A stretch of 64,000 nt of DNA from NCBI GenBank assembly GCA_964247055.1, contig OZ176052.1:248001-312000 (forward strand), read 5' to 3'. A program made the position numbers and the translations under genes. Source of the stretch: Paragordius varius. Its lineage: Eukaryota; Animalia; Nematomorpha. The notes under the pieces were generated by a model. The model did no database searches, had not been told where the DNA came from, and saw only the letters and a program-made list of their open reading frames with translations. This document shows, in pieces, positions 26,601-38,527 of the stretch; the first letter of the stretch is position 1; the number at the start of each line of letters is the position of its first letter.

Positions 26601-27025
26601 TAATACCAGCAAAGATTTGATATGCCAATTTTTGATAGTGTGATCATGTCATGTCGTCTATTTTGGTTAGGAATGATTGATATACCATTTGCACTTCAAG
26701 AGTTTCCTTGAACACTTCAAGTCGCTCCTTAAACATTTTTGGTTCTTGAACATTTCAAGTTGGTCCTTAAACATTTTAGTTGGTCCTTGAACACTTCAAG
26801 TTGATTCTTAAACACTTCAAGTTGGTCCTTAAAAATTTTAAATTTTGATTTATCCATAATTTTTGGATCTAAAAATAAAAACTTTTATTAAAAAACCACT
26901 TTGTTTAAAACTATTTTATTCATTTGAACAAAATTATTGACTTTTAAATGTTTTTAATGAAAAATTTTAATTAATAACCCTGAAAACTTATATATTTTTT
27001 CATTTCGTGTTAAAATCTTATTATA

Positions 27026-27422
27026 TACCATTTACAGTTCAAATTCACCCTTAAACAATTCAAATTCACCCTCGAACAATTCAAATTCACCCTTGAACAA
27101 TTCAAATTCACCCTCGAACAATTCAAATTCACCCTCAAATAAATAACATGTTTTTTAAGATTAAAAATTACTTATATTTTAATATATTTTTAAAAAATAA
27201 AATTTTGTTTTAAATTAAAATAATACTGAAAAAAATAATTAATTATGCCATAAAGTTATATTTTATATTAATAATGAGTTATAATAGTTCGAAAAAAACA
27301 TAATTTATTTTTAGGGTGAATTTGAATTGTTCGAGGGTGAATTTGAATTGTTCAAGGGTGAATTTGAATTGTTCGAGGGTGAATTTGAATTGTTTAAGGG
27401 TGAATTTGAACTGTAAATGGTA
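27026..27422. mobile_element. MITE-A with ~110-bp perfect TIRs built from 21-bp repeats
   Basis: TA-TACCATTTACAGTTC...GAACTGTAAATGGTA-TA; about four units of AATTCAAATTCACCCTCGAAC on each side, in mirror order. Confidence 0.92.
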
Positions 27423-27447
27423 TATTCAAAATTATATTTAGAAATTA

Positions 27448-29410
27448 CAGTCATGTCTATATAGAATTGTCAGAAATTCGTATTTAAATGATTATAATTT
27501 TTTTTTAATTGTTTTGATGTTTGATATGTCAACTTTCAACATGCGCATTTTTAAGCCTTAAAATAATAATAGCCTATTTATTGTAAGAATTTTAATTTAT
27601 ACTTAAAAGATATTGCAAAATATTATTCTTGATGCACAACATGCGCACATTGTAATTTTTATCTTTTGTAAAATATTAATTATAAAATTTTATTAACTCA
27701 AAGTTTAAACACACATAACCAAAATATAATTTAAAAGATAAAAATATTTATTGATAATTATAATATTTTAAAAAATTTTTAATTGTTTTCATTTTCTAGG
27801 GGTTTTCTTTGCATACATTCCAACAAAATATGTGAAGAAAAATTATAATAATTTTTTAGATTTTTTTCCCTTCTCTCTTCGCAAAGTCTTGCAATTTTAT
27901 TATGTTGCTCTAGAGGGGTACTACACCGGGGTTTTATCATATTTATGTTTAATCTCATGAAAAAAACATTCAATGGGATTCAGTTGTGGCGAATATGGAG
28001 GTAAATAAACTATTTTATTCCTTAGCTCACCTAACACCGCGGCTTTGTGAATAGGTGCATTATCGCAAACTATTATTGAACTTTCAGGGATTCTTGTTAA
28101 ACATTCCGTCAAAAAAATCGAAAATCATCGCCTCTAAAGGCGCCTTCTTTTGTTCTGTAATTAATAACTCCCTGACAACCAATCATACATATCAATGAAA
28201 CATTTTTTCCTAAAATAAATTTAAATTTTACCTTTGTTAAATCCCTCTACAATAGGAGATTTGCCCTTTGGAGCTCTACCCCATATATTTGTAAGTTTCA
28301 AACTGAAGCCTGACTCATCAATAAAAAAAACTTTTTCTTGTGGAATATCTTTAACCAATCTGGCATAATTATAACGCTTTTCTATATTCTCTGGGGTGTT
28401 TCGTTCCCGAGGTTGTAAAATACACCTCTTTCGAGTAATTTCTGAATCCGAGAGAATTTTGTAAATAGTTGTTCTGCATACTTTAATATGGTCTGGTATT
28501 TGTTCCATTATTTCATCGATTGTTAATTCACAATCATTGTTTATTAATCTTTTGACAGCATCTATTATTTCTGGATTTCTGAATTTGTTACGCCGACCAG
28601 ATTTATTTCTATCAGTAGAATTCCCAAGAATTATTTTTCTTCTTAATATATTTATAGATGTTAAGGACATATCAAAATAATCCAAAAATTAATTTGAGGG
28701 TTTTTCCAAATTTTTGGGATCAAAAAATAATTTTTTAGCTCTATCTATTTTTTCCTTATTCCAAAAATTATGTTCTAAAATTTAAAAATATTAATACTTT
28801 TATGTTTTATTTTTTCACGAGATAATTCATTTTCATTCAATGGAACATCCAAATCAGATACTACTAATTGTTATTTTTAAATACTTGAAGACTCTTCACT
28901 TGTATCCGATTCAAAAGTATAAACTGAGGGAGCTATGTTTTCCTTTAATATTGGATTTTGTTCTGAATTTTTATTTTTTAATATAAACCTTCAAGTACAC
29001 TAGCTGCCGAGCAAAGAAGATATAATGGGTTATCGTTGATATTCATAATTTTTTAAAATAACTCTAGATTTATGATTTATTTCTTTATATATATTTAGAG
29101 ATTAAATGGACATCTGCTTGGGTTTAGTTTATATTTTAAGTGCATGTTAAAAACCCCTAGAAAATGAAAACAAATATCAAACTTGGTTATCATAAATTAC
29201 ATGCGCATGTTGTAGATAAAATGTTCAAGAATAATATTTTGCAACATCTTTTAATTATAAATTAAAAATTCTTACAATAAATAGGCTATTATTATTTTAA
29301 GGCTTAAAAATGCGCATGTTGAAAGTTGACATATCAAACATCAAAACAATTAAAAAAAAATTATAATCATTTAAATACAAATTTCTGACAATTCTATATA
29401 GACATGACTG
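27448..29410 (-). mobile_element. Tc1/IS630-like DNA transposon (1963 bp)
   Basis: TA flanks at 27446-27447 and 29411-29412; ~190-bp TIRs starting CAGTCATGTCTATATAG; inner 24-bp inverted repeat at 27783-27806 / 29150-29173; internal DDE transposase. Confidence 0.95.
27779..29046 (-). pseudogene. Tc1/IS630-type transposase (~390 aa if spliced): four predicted micro-introns, one nonsense codon, two frameshifts
   Basis: Motifs FFIDESGF, WGRAPKG, GKNVSLI, IVCDNAPIH, YLPPYSPQLNPIE. Predicted GT-AG introns at 28963-28988, 28864-28884, 28775-28797 and 28210-28231. In-frame TAA at 28689-28691. Confidence 0.85.
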
Positions 29411-29749
29411 TAATAAAGATATACGGTTTCAAGATTAGAAGTTGATATCGATTTAATATTTTAATAATAGAAAATAGGTTAAAAACAAAAATAGATGAAT
29501 AATTTACGATTTAATTGATGAAAGTTAAAAACAAAACAAAAAAGCCCAAGAACCAACAACTTTAATTGTTCAAGGACCAACTTAAAATGTTGAAGGACCA
29601 TCTTGAAGTGTTCAAGGACACTCTTGAAGTGCAAATGGTTCAAATAACTTTTTCGTAAGGACCAAAACCAAAAGCACTATGATAATCCTGATACATTTTC
29701 CTATCAGAAAATACATATATATATAATTTTAGATTGATTTTAGTGGACG

Positions 29750-31525
29750 CTGTATAATAAAATGTCAATGAGTTCCTCAGCCTTACTAACTCCGCAGCCA
29801 TCTAACATGCACGTTCCTTCTCTAAAGACAAAGCTTAAGATATTTTGGAAAACCGATAAAATCTGATCCCATTCGACAACCTATCAGATTTGCTGGTAAC
29901 CTTGGTAGAACCAGAGCAAATGAATATGTATTCACAACAGTGTTTAAAACAGGCCGAACTTAAAAGGACTCGCGCATTCGTAGTAAAAGAATAATCACAT
30001 CGCTTCTCCAGAGAGCCTCGACTAACTATATCTACATTCCTGGTTCTAAAGAGAATCTTGACGTTTCTAAAACATCTCTTCCTTTGGATATATACAGATT
30101 AAACTCAGCTGCGCTTTCTACCATTTTAACCACCAAATTTGAGAGAACACTCGACTTCGCTCTGTCTCGTATATTTCAAAATTTGGATCAAATAACTTGA
30201 AATCATTAATGTCTCCAATATTTCAGCTAATTTCGTTCGGCATGCGTCTCTCGGTCTCCTCTCTAGGACTACTCCAATTAGCACTTTTTTTATAAAAGGG
30301 TAAAACCCTTAACATTGACCCATCCTCCCGCCGCCTTGTTCGAACTATTTAGTCCAAAATAATTCTCCGTTTTTACATAGCCTTATCGCGCGTCATTCCC
30401 AAGCTAGCATCGCGGCGGCATCCCTCCACTAGACCTCTTTCAAAACATCCGGGGTAGGATTCAAAATTGAAGATTCATTGAATCAACTCAAATTTAAAAC
30501 CCTACAAACACTCGTCCAGGTTCCCGCATCATCGCAATAGTGATGCGAGCGGCACCCAACTTTACTACATATCTTTAATCAGTGCTAAGATTTCTTACAA
30601 TTATTTAAAACATTTTTATGTTGCGTTGAAGTTTTGTCCGACTACTCTTATCCGGCTACCCTTTCTTTTTATTATTTAGTAATAAATATTACGGTATTCA
30701 ATTTCTAATTGATTTCTCTTTATTATATTTAGTAAAAAATACCACGGTATTCGATTTCTAATTGACGTAACCTGCCTTGATGAACGCGGGAGGCTTTGGT
30801 CTCAACCTGTATCAATAAGGTGGACAAATACATTCAGCTGCATTGTCTCAAAATTCAACCGATATCAAGATACTTCCGCTGATCTACGGAAGTTTATGAT
30901 AACGGTATTCCAAAAACGATCAACAGTTCAAATATTTAACACCTTGTTAATTTGTTTCGGTTCAAAAGCCTGATGATTGGTTCAACAATATGACTCTTAT
31001 AACAGCTCTGATCCTAGTTAAAAAGTGTTAATCTTTACGCCATAACTAAGTTATCGGAACCGTTTTTACAAACCATGGCTAATTAAGTTAATTAATTAGC
31101 CACAGCTTAAACATCAACACAGCCAGTCATTGCTCATTACCTCCAATCAACAACACAAATGCTACTTGAATATTGCCCTGTTAGGGTGGTCAAGAAGTTC
31201 TAAACAAAACAACAGTTATCGAATAAAAATGATTGTGCTGCAATCAGACCAACAACAGGATCAACCAATTCCCTTGGAGGAATTTTTCAACCCTGCTCGG
31301 GGTTTTTCGTTCATATTTTTTTCCATGAGTGTTATTTTACATAAAACATTTTTACAAAATTTATTATAAAATAATCATAAATTCATGTGTAATCATCCCA
31401 TAATCCAGAATTCACCAATCAACCTATTTGAAAAAAAATATTATAATTAACCACACGGACCTTTTTTTAGTTTCAATTTATAAATATATATATATATATA
31501 TATATTATATTGTAAATTAAATATA
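29750..31525 (+). mobile_element. Decayed Utopia-like remnant (B-like)
   Basis: YIP..K..LDVSK-like segment at ~30030, FLIDVTC at ~30755; inverted twin of 556-1890. Confidence 0.7.
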
Positions 31526-31615
31526 TATGCTCTTATCATCTTAATATGTGAAGCGACCAATAAAGAGATCTTATATAAAAATATATTTATTTTTGGAGAT
31601 TTTGGGGAGGCACCC
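31526..31615 (+). pseudogene. U2: Degenerate U2 snRNA 3' portion
   Basis: TATGCTCTTATCATCTTAATATGTGA..TTTATTTTTGGAGATTTTGGGGAGGC. Confidence 0.7.
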
Positions 31616-31665
31616 ACTTTGATCACTATATATAAATATTAGATTGAAGAGAAAATGCTAATTAA

Positions 31666-31692
31666 GACGGTTCAGATATTAAGCTGATGAGT
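31666..31692 (-). pseudogene. U2: Short U2 snRNA fragment
   Basis: Minus strand CTCATCAGCTTAATATCTGA; lies at the 3' end of the minus-strand remnant at 31693-32345. Confidence 0.6.
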
Positions 31693-32345
31693 TGAGAATG
31701 AATTTAATAAATATGTTTATTTGTGGCATTATATTATAATGGAAGAGTATGTCAAGAAAAAGGAACCAACATTAATGCTATATTTATATTTAATACTAAG
31801 ATAATAGAAAAATATATTAAATATTTGGATGTAATGTTTTGAATTAGTTAATATATATAATTTTTTATGAATGTGTTCCATACTTTTGAGTTATAAATGT
31901 GCTTCCCATTTGTTTGCAAGAGCCATTCTTTATATATTATCATCTATATTTTTGTTTTATGTGCTTGCATTAGGGGTAGAATACTGTTGGTATTTATCAA
32001 TTTTTTTTAATAGAGTGATCTTTCATAGTTTTTTCTGTTTTTAAAATTCAAAGCAATTACCTTTAATATATTAATTATATAAGGGTTGTTGTGTTAAGAA
32101 GATGTGTTTTCATAAACTAATTTGGTGTTTTTTAAATTTCCAGGCATGCGTTATGCCCTTTTGTCCAGTGCGGAGAGTATTAAAGGCAATGGTCAAGTTG
32201 ATAGAGAGTTTCATTAGCCTTCCCACTTTATTACCATGGGTTTTCAGGAGAGTTTGGGCGACTATTCACAGGTAACAGTTTTCGGCGATGTTTGTGGATA
32301 AATCAGCCAGCCGGTTTTGAACGATGTATTTCCCGTCTGGATAAA
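31693..32345 (-). mobile_element. Decayed Utopia-like 3' remnant (C/D-like)
   Basis: Minus-strand KLLPVNSRP..NET...YSPHW.KGH remnant at 32150-32320, similar to ORF 23321-23602. Confidence 0.65.
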
Positions 32346-32739
32346 TTTAATTTAATTTTTCTGTATTAAAAGAAAATTTATTTGTTTAAAAATATAAAAA
32401 AATATGGGTAATTCTTATATTGGAAAGCACATAATTAATTTGAATTTAAAATGTTCAGGGGTCAATTTGTAATGTTCAAAGGTGAAATTGAATCACTATG
32501 TAACACCATACTACTACGTTATACTCTTTCCCTTCATTAGTAATTAGTAAAAATAATCATTATTTAATGGGCATGGTAATGATTACTCGTGCACCATGGC
32601 CCTTCGTTTCTTTTTTATTTTCATTAATATTCATTTTTTTACTCCTCTAATATTAATTTCTTTACTACAAATATTCTTTTATTCAATCCACTGTAATCCA
32701 CCAGAATTGGTTTCACTATAGAAATAAGCATTAATTTCA

Positions 32740-33660
32740 CCTTGCGGTAATGTACAGGACTTAAGATTTGTGCGAGGATGAGTCAATTAAAGATATATCG
32801 ATTAGAGAGCGATTTCCAAACAGAGCTTTTGATGATTAGTCAGTATAATAAACGGCTGTCACATTTTTGTCCGAAACAATCAAGAATCCAACAAGTTTAC
32901 CCAAAAAATAACGGGACTTATCGAGCAGGTATGAGGTTGGGTGATCTTTGATACATGGGTCCTAAGTCATTAGAGTGCGATTTATAATTAGGATTATTTT
33001 TATATCAATAGAAGATAGAGAGGGTTAGGGCAATTGCGGCTTTCATAGAGTCAGGGCTATCAGTGATGATAGTGAGATCGTCCGCGAAGGCCAAGCATGA
33101 GGTAAGGCGTTGATTGTTAAGGGCTACGATAATGGGATTAATGCAAAAGATGTTAAAAATTAGGCTGGAAAGAGGCACCCCTGCTTGATTCCTTTAAGAT
33201 AGGGATGGGGTCGGTAAAATTTTTATCAATTAAAAATTGTGTTGATGAGTTAAGTAAAATAAAGTTTAAAAGGCTTTCAACGGGTGGGCGCAGGCCAAGG
33301 GACTTTAAAAGTTGTGCACAGACAGGGTGGGGATGGAGTCGAAAGCGGGGAGATGTCTAATCATAAGAAAATGGACTGGTGGTTCGCTGTTCGGGCTTTA
33401 GACAGGCGGTTGTAAACGTAGTTATTATGTTTCAACACGCCATTAAAAAGAGGAGAATCCTTTTTGTTGGGGGGTGATCAGGTTGTGGAGGGACACGTGG
33501 TGGCTTAGGTGCTTATGGAGAATTTCTGTAAAGATTCGATAAATTATATTTGTGATAGCGATGGGGCGAAAGTTGTCGATCAGAGATGTCGCCTTACTCT
33601 GGAAAATTCGCAGTAAAATCAATAATGTTGTAAACATGAAGTCAAAAAAGATAATTTGGA
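32740..33660 (-). mobile_element. Utopia-like RT remnant (subfamily A)
   Basis: NFRPIAI, HNLITPQQKG, CLAFADD on the minus strand; similar to the RT of the full-length element. Confidence 0.85.
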
Positions 33661-33699
33661 TCAATATTCCGCTACAACCGTTATTCTATCCCTTCTAAA

Positions 33700-35000
33700 C
33701 AACTTAAAAATGTTTTTGAAATTTTATTTAAAAACAAATTTGTGGATCTTTTTCCCATAAAGCTTGACGTGGTGTTAAGATCTTCGAATGCCTTATACAT
33801 AATCGATGCCAGAGTTATTTTTTGAGAAAGAATACACAGATCTTATTCATTACCAAAGAGAAATTAAGAAAGAACGCCTCTCAAGTTTCGACCTTTGAAT
33901 CAAACCAATCATCACTACTTTAAATATCAAACCCCTGACTTCGGGTTTGGGCCTCGCAGATGATCTTATCATCGCAGATAGCCCTAACACCATAAAAACC
34001 ACAATTTCCCTGACTCGCTCGTTAATTTCAATTGATATAAAAAAATATTCAAGTCTTGAATCCTTAATTATATTTCGTACACGACAACGACTTGCAAACC
34101 ATACAATTATTTATCGGCGACCATAGGATTCCATACCTCGTTGATGGTGAGTCCCATATTTGCGAAAACGCGTCTTTGTGATTATTTCCAAGATTTTTGA
34201 AATATGCCTGCCTTATATTCCAAACTGTCCCCAAAGCATGGCTTCAATCATTTTCCATCTTAATCCATAAAAAAGGTGACACCTCCGACCCCTCCAATTT
34301 TCGCCCCATCGCCATTTCTAACATAATCTATCGAATCTTTGCTATAATCATCCATAAATTCCTCAGCCACCATGTGTCCCTCCACAATCTCATCACCCCC
34401 CAACAAAAAGGGTTTTCCCCCTTCGACGGCGTGTTGGAACACAATTACTACATTTCCAACCGCTTGTCGAAGGCCCGAACAGCGAACCACCAGACCATCT
34501 TTCTATGGCTGGACGTTTCCGCCGCCTTCGACTCGATTCCCCTGCCTGTCTGCACCAAACTTTTAACGTCCCTTGGCCTGCTCCCACCCCTTGAAAGCCT
34601 TTTAAATTTTATTTTACTTAACTCTTCTACGCAATTTTTAATCACCTTACCTACCCCCCATCCCCTATCTTAAAGGAATTAAGCAAGGGTGTGCCCTCTT
34701 TCCGGCCTAGTCTTTAACATCTGTATTAACCCCATTATCGTAGCCCTAAACAATCGACCCCTCACCTCATGCTTGGCCTTCGCGGACGATCTCACTATCA
34801 TCACTGATAGCCCTGACTCTATGAAAGCCGCAATTGCCCTAACCTACTCCTTCTTATCTTCTATTGATATAAAAATAATCCTAATTATAAATCGCACTCC
34901 AATGAATTAGGACCCATTCAATTATGTATCGACAACCATTCAATCCTTGATGGTGAACCCCATAATTTGGCAAACCTGTCAGGTTACTGATTGCTAGATA
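33700..35000 (+). mobile_element. Scrambled Utopia-like fragments (subfamily A): RLE piece, post-RT piece, RT
   Basis: YIIDA-like piece at ~33790; ORF 34197-34673 nearly identical to the full-length RT; LAFADD in ORF 34689-34910. Confidence 0.85.
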
Positions 35001-35589
35001 TAAACTCTCAAACTTTATTCGTTTATATCGATTTAATAACTCAGCCTATATAATAATTTAAACAAAAAAGGGCTAGCATATACAATTAACAAACTAAAAC
35101 GGTTCTGAAAAAATATTATAGTTCCTTTTGGTTCTAAAATAAATTTTGTTTGAAACCACAATATTTAATTATACCAAAAGTTAAAAGTATTTTGCCAAGT
35201 TTATACCAGAAACCGAGTTGAAAAATTAATTTATGAACAAAATTTTACCATTAAAAGTTAGAAAAATAAAATATACCTAAGTATATTGTTCACATAGAAA
35301 AACAACTTGGATTTCAAAAAGATAATTTATTTCCGTGCATTCCTAACGACCAGTAAGGGTACCACCTCAACATTGTGAATGATTCTAAAAATAATCTAGG
35401 TGATAAAATATTTGATCTCCCATTCCATGAATGATATTGTTTGTGTTGGGAACGAAATTTAATTAAAGGATTCATTTACACTCTTCGTTCATGTATATAA
35501 CTAAAATATAACATAAAAATTTACCGGATGTTAAAATATTCCAAAATTTATAACATGCGCGTTATAACCATATGAACCAGATTTTTTAA

Positions 35590-36127
35590 CACTTGGATAC
35601 AACACATTCATTTTAGTCCTTCAATAAATTGGGGTCGTTGAATACCCCAGGCCTGTTTAAAATTAAATTTAAAAAATATGGAAGGAATCAAAACGATGAC
35701 AAAATTTTAAATACCGGAATATATAAAAAAATTAGTCAAAAATACTTGATATTACTTATTTTTAGCTAAAACCTCAAGGTAAAAATTTTGTCAGCATGAC
35801 ATGTATGCATTAGCTAAATTAAAAAATAATAAAAAATAAACCATTTTTTCTTATTCTATCAATATTAGAAGTGATTATAAAAAATTAGATTTCATTTTAG
35901 CATTAAATACAAATAATCACGATATTTTGCAAAAATGTTGTAAAATAAAAATAGCGTCGAAGTAATTTGATATGTTTTTTTCACAAAACCAAATTTTAGA
36001 TATTTCCGGTTATTTATATAATTTTGGGATAGAAGCATAAATTTAAAATGGGACCATTTTTTTCAATAGTTTTTTAAAATAAAATATATAGTCTGGGGTA
36101 TTTAGATACCCAATTTATATCGAAGTA
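35590..36127 (+). mobile_element. piggyBac-like MITE
   Basis: TTAA-CACTTGGATACAACAC...ATCGAAGTA; same family as 62942-63486. Confidence 0.8.
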
Positions 36128-36291
36128 TTCGATAGTTTTTAATAATTATTTTAAAGGTATTCCTAATAAATATACAAAAAGTAGTATTGCATATTATTGC
36201 ATTTTAGCGATTTTACTATTAAATATTTTTTATAAATTAGATCTAAATAAAAATTATAAGGAAATAGGTTTTTTAACAGCTTAATATTTAA

Positions 36292-36853
36292 CACTTTACA
36301 ACACATATATTTTAGTCCTTCGATCCAAATTGGGATAATTATACCCCAAGCCTTTTTAAAATTAAATTCTTTAAAAAATATATAAGCAATCATAACCATG
36401 TCAAAATTTTGCACTTATATAACAATAATAAACCGAAATATATAAAAAGTTTTATTCAAATTTGGTGTTACTTATTTAAAGCTAAAACCGAAAGGCGAAA
36501 ATTTAGTCAACGTAACATGTGTGCAATGGTAAAAATAAAAAATAATACAAAATAGCCCGCTTTTTTATTTCTATCAATGTTAGATGTAATTATAAAAAAG
36601 CTTTAATTATACCCTAAAAATTAAACGAAGACGATATTTTTAAAAAATTTTGTAAATTAAAAATGGCGTCAAAGTAGTTTGACATGGAACTTTTTTTTCG
36701 AAACAAAATTTTATTTAGATATTTTGGCATATTTACATAATTTTTACTAGGATAGAAGCATAAATTTTAATCGGGAACGTTTCATTCAGTAGTTTTTTAT
36801 AAATCACAACTCAAATTTAGTATTGGGTATTTAGATACCCCAAATCGAATGTG
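36292..36853 (+). mobile_element. piggyBac-like MITE (tandem second copy)
   Basis: TTAA-CACTT...AATCGAATGTG-TTAA. Confidence 0.8.
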
Positions 36854-37419
36854 TTAATCTGGTCGGTTATTCACAACTTCACAAGATTTATAATCTTTTA
36901 GCATTTTTATGTTATCGAAAATATAAAGTATGTTCTTCAATTTCTCTAATTTTAGTTATGTACATCACAACTTGATTAGGTATTGAAAAAAAAGTTTAAA
37001 CAATGAAAACAAAAAAAACATATTGTAAGTTTTAACATTTTTCTTTTCCCTAAAGTCTATATATTTTTAAAAATAGAAAGCGGTGGCTTTGTGATCTGTT
37101 TCCGAAAACCGGTAGACCCATTCAAATCCAAATGTCTAAAAAGAATCATAATTGCATACCTCGACAATAGCTTGGTCTTTGGCCCACCGCATGTTAAAAA
37201 CGATTTTTTTTGAAAACAAAATCAACAAAAGTCATGTCTTTGAGATATTTTCCGGAAAACGTGTTGGACCATTTGATTTCAAATATGATTTTTTTTTATT
37301 TTTTGATTGCGCCGAAAATAGTCGGCTCTCTTTTTTAATTTATACCCTCTTTTTACACGGCCTGTAAAATGCCATTTTTTTCAAAAAAATTGTCGACAAA
37401 AATAATTTTTTGAAACTAT

Positions 37420-37600
37420 GGGTCGGGTGATAAAAAAAATTTTTTTGACTTAACATGTATGTTTTTCAAGTCAGGCTTGCTTTCATGTGATAAAGAACAT
37501 CACGACTTAAGTCAAGCAAGGAAACATAAGGAGGTGACAAAAAATTATATGATCAAGTAAAACCTAAAGATTTTGCAAGTGTAGTGTAGGGTAATGTCAC
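37420..37600 (-). mobile_element. Isolated right-end fragment of the Harbinger element
   Basis: GGGTCGGGTGATAAAAA...; inverted match to 41255-41445. Confidence 0.75.
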
Positions 37601-38129
37601 CATATAGACTGTTTTTCACAGTACAGTACTGAATTTTTAGAAAACAACTGCGACTGTACTGTGCCCACTTTTTTACTGCTTTTTGAAATTAAAAAAAATT
37701 AATTTTTTATGAATATATATTAATTACCTTTTATTTATTCAAAAAAATTATTTTAAGATATAATACCCTCTGTAAAAGTAACCCCATGATTTGAAATTGT
37801 TCATTGCGGTAAAAACTAAGATTGGCCTATTTTTAATTGGTTCGTATTTGATTTTCTGCTGGAATTATACATAAAATTGGATTTTGGATCGGTCAAACCG
37901 CTTATAATTCAGCCTTTAGCGCAGTGAGGAAACTATAAATCTTGGACTTCACCGTAAGATTCAGGTTAATGGTTCTTGCACTAAGGGCTTTCGCAAAAAT
38001 ATGTGCCTCAAAATTAACAAAATAAATTTATAATATTTTAATAAATTTTTGATTAAGTTCAGTAAGTTCATTTTTTCTTATAATTATCAAACGGAATTTT
38101 TTTTATGTAAATTACAACTAACATCGATA

Positions 38130-38415
38130 GAAATAGAAAAAGTGGTTTTTTTTATATTATTTTTTAATTTTACAATTTGACACGTGTCACGTTGACGAAA
38201 TTTTTGCCTCTGGGTTTTAGGTTAAAATAAGTAATATCAAGTATTTTTGAATAAAATTTTTATATATTTCGGTTTATTAATGTTATATAAGTGGAAAATT
38301 TTGCCATGGTTTCGATCCCTTCTATACTTTTCAAAGTATTTGATTTTAAACAGGCCTGGGGTCAACTACCCCAATTTGAATCGAAGGACTAAAATGAGTG
38401 TGTTGTATCCAAGTG
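38130..38415 (-). mobile_element. Partial piggyBac-like MITE
   Basis: Ends TGTTGTATCCAAGTG-TTAA. Confidence 0.75.
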
Positions 38416-38527
38416 TTAATGCAAAATAGCATGAAGTACGCTTCAACAAAATTTTGCAAAATTATATTTTAAAATTGTATGCATTTTTTAATTTTTAGCT
38501 GATTAGCATATATTTTGAATATTTTAT

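Larger units (their letters stand above)
26683..29640. mobile_element. MITE-B carrying two nested insertions
   Basis: Left end TACCATTTGCACTTCAAG plus 21-bp repeats; right end repeats plus GAAGTGCAAATGGT; uninterrupted version at 1895-2450. Confidence 0.8.

Noticed and set aside
28689-28691. In-frame TAA codons here and in the PKD-like exons suggesting a ciliate-type code (TAA/TAG = Gln), tempting given the micro-introns
   Set aside because: The transposase uses CAA/CAG for its other Gln codons, the intact 1402-aa ORF and hAT ORF contain no internal TAA/TAG and end in TAA, and the C1b stop coincides with a missing codon.
29999-30009. ATCGCTTCTCC as a second U2 5' end
   Set aside because: The match stops after 10 nt and the same context (AATCACATCGCT..) occurs inside the retroelement coding remnant at ~11498.
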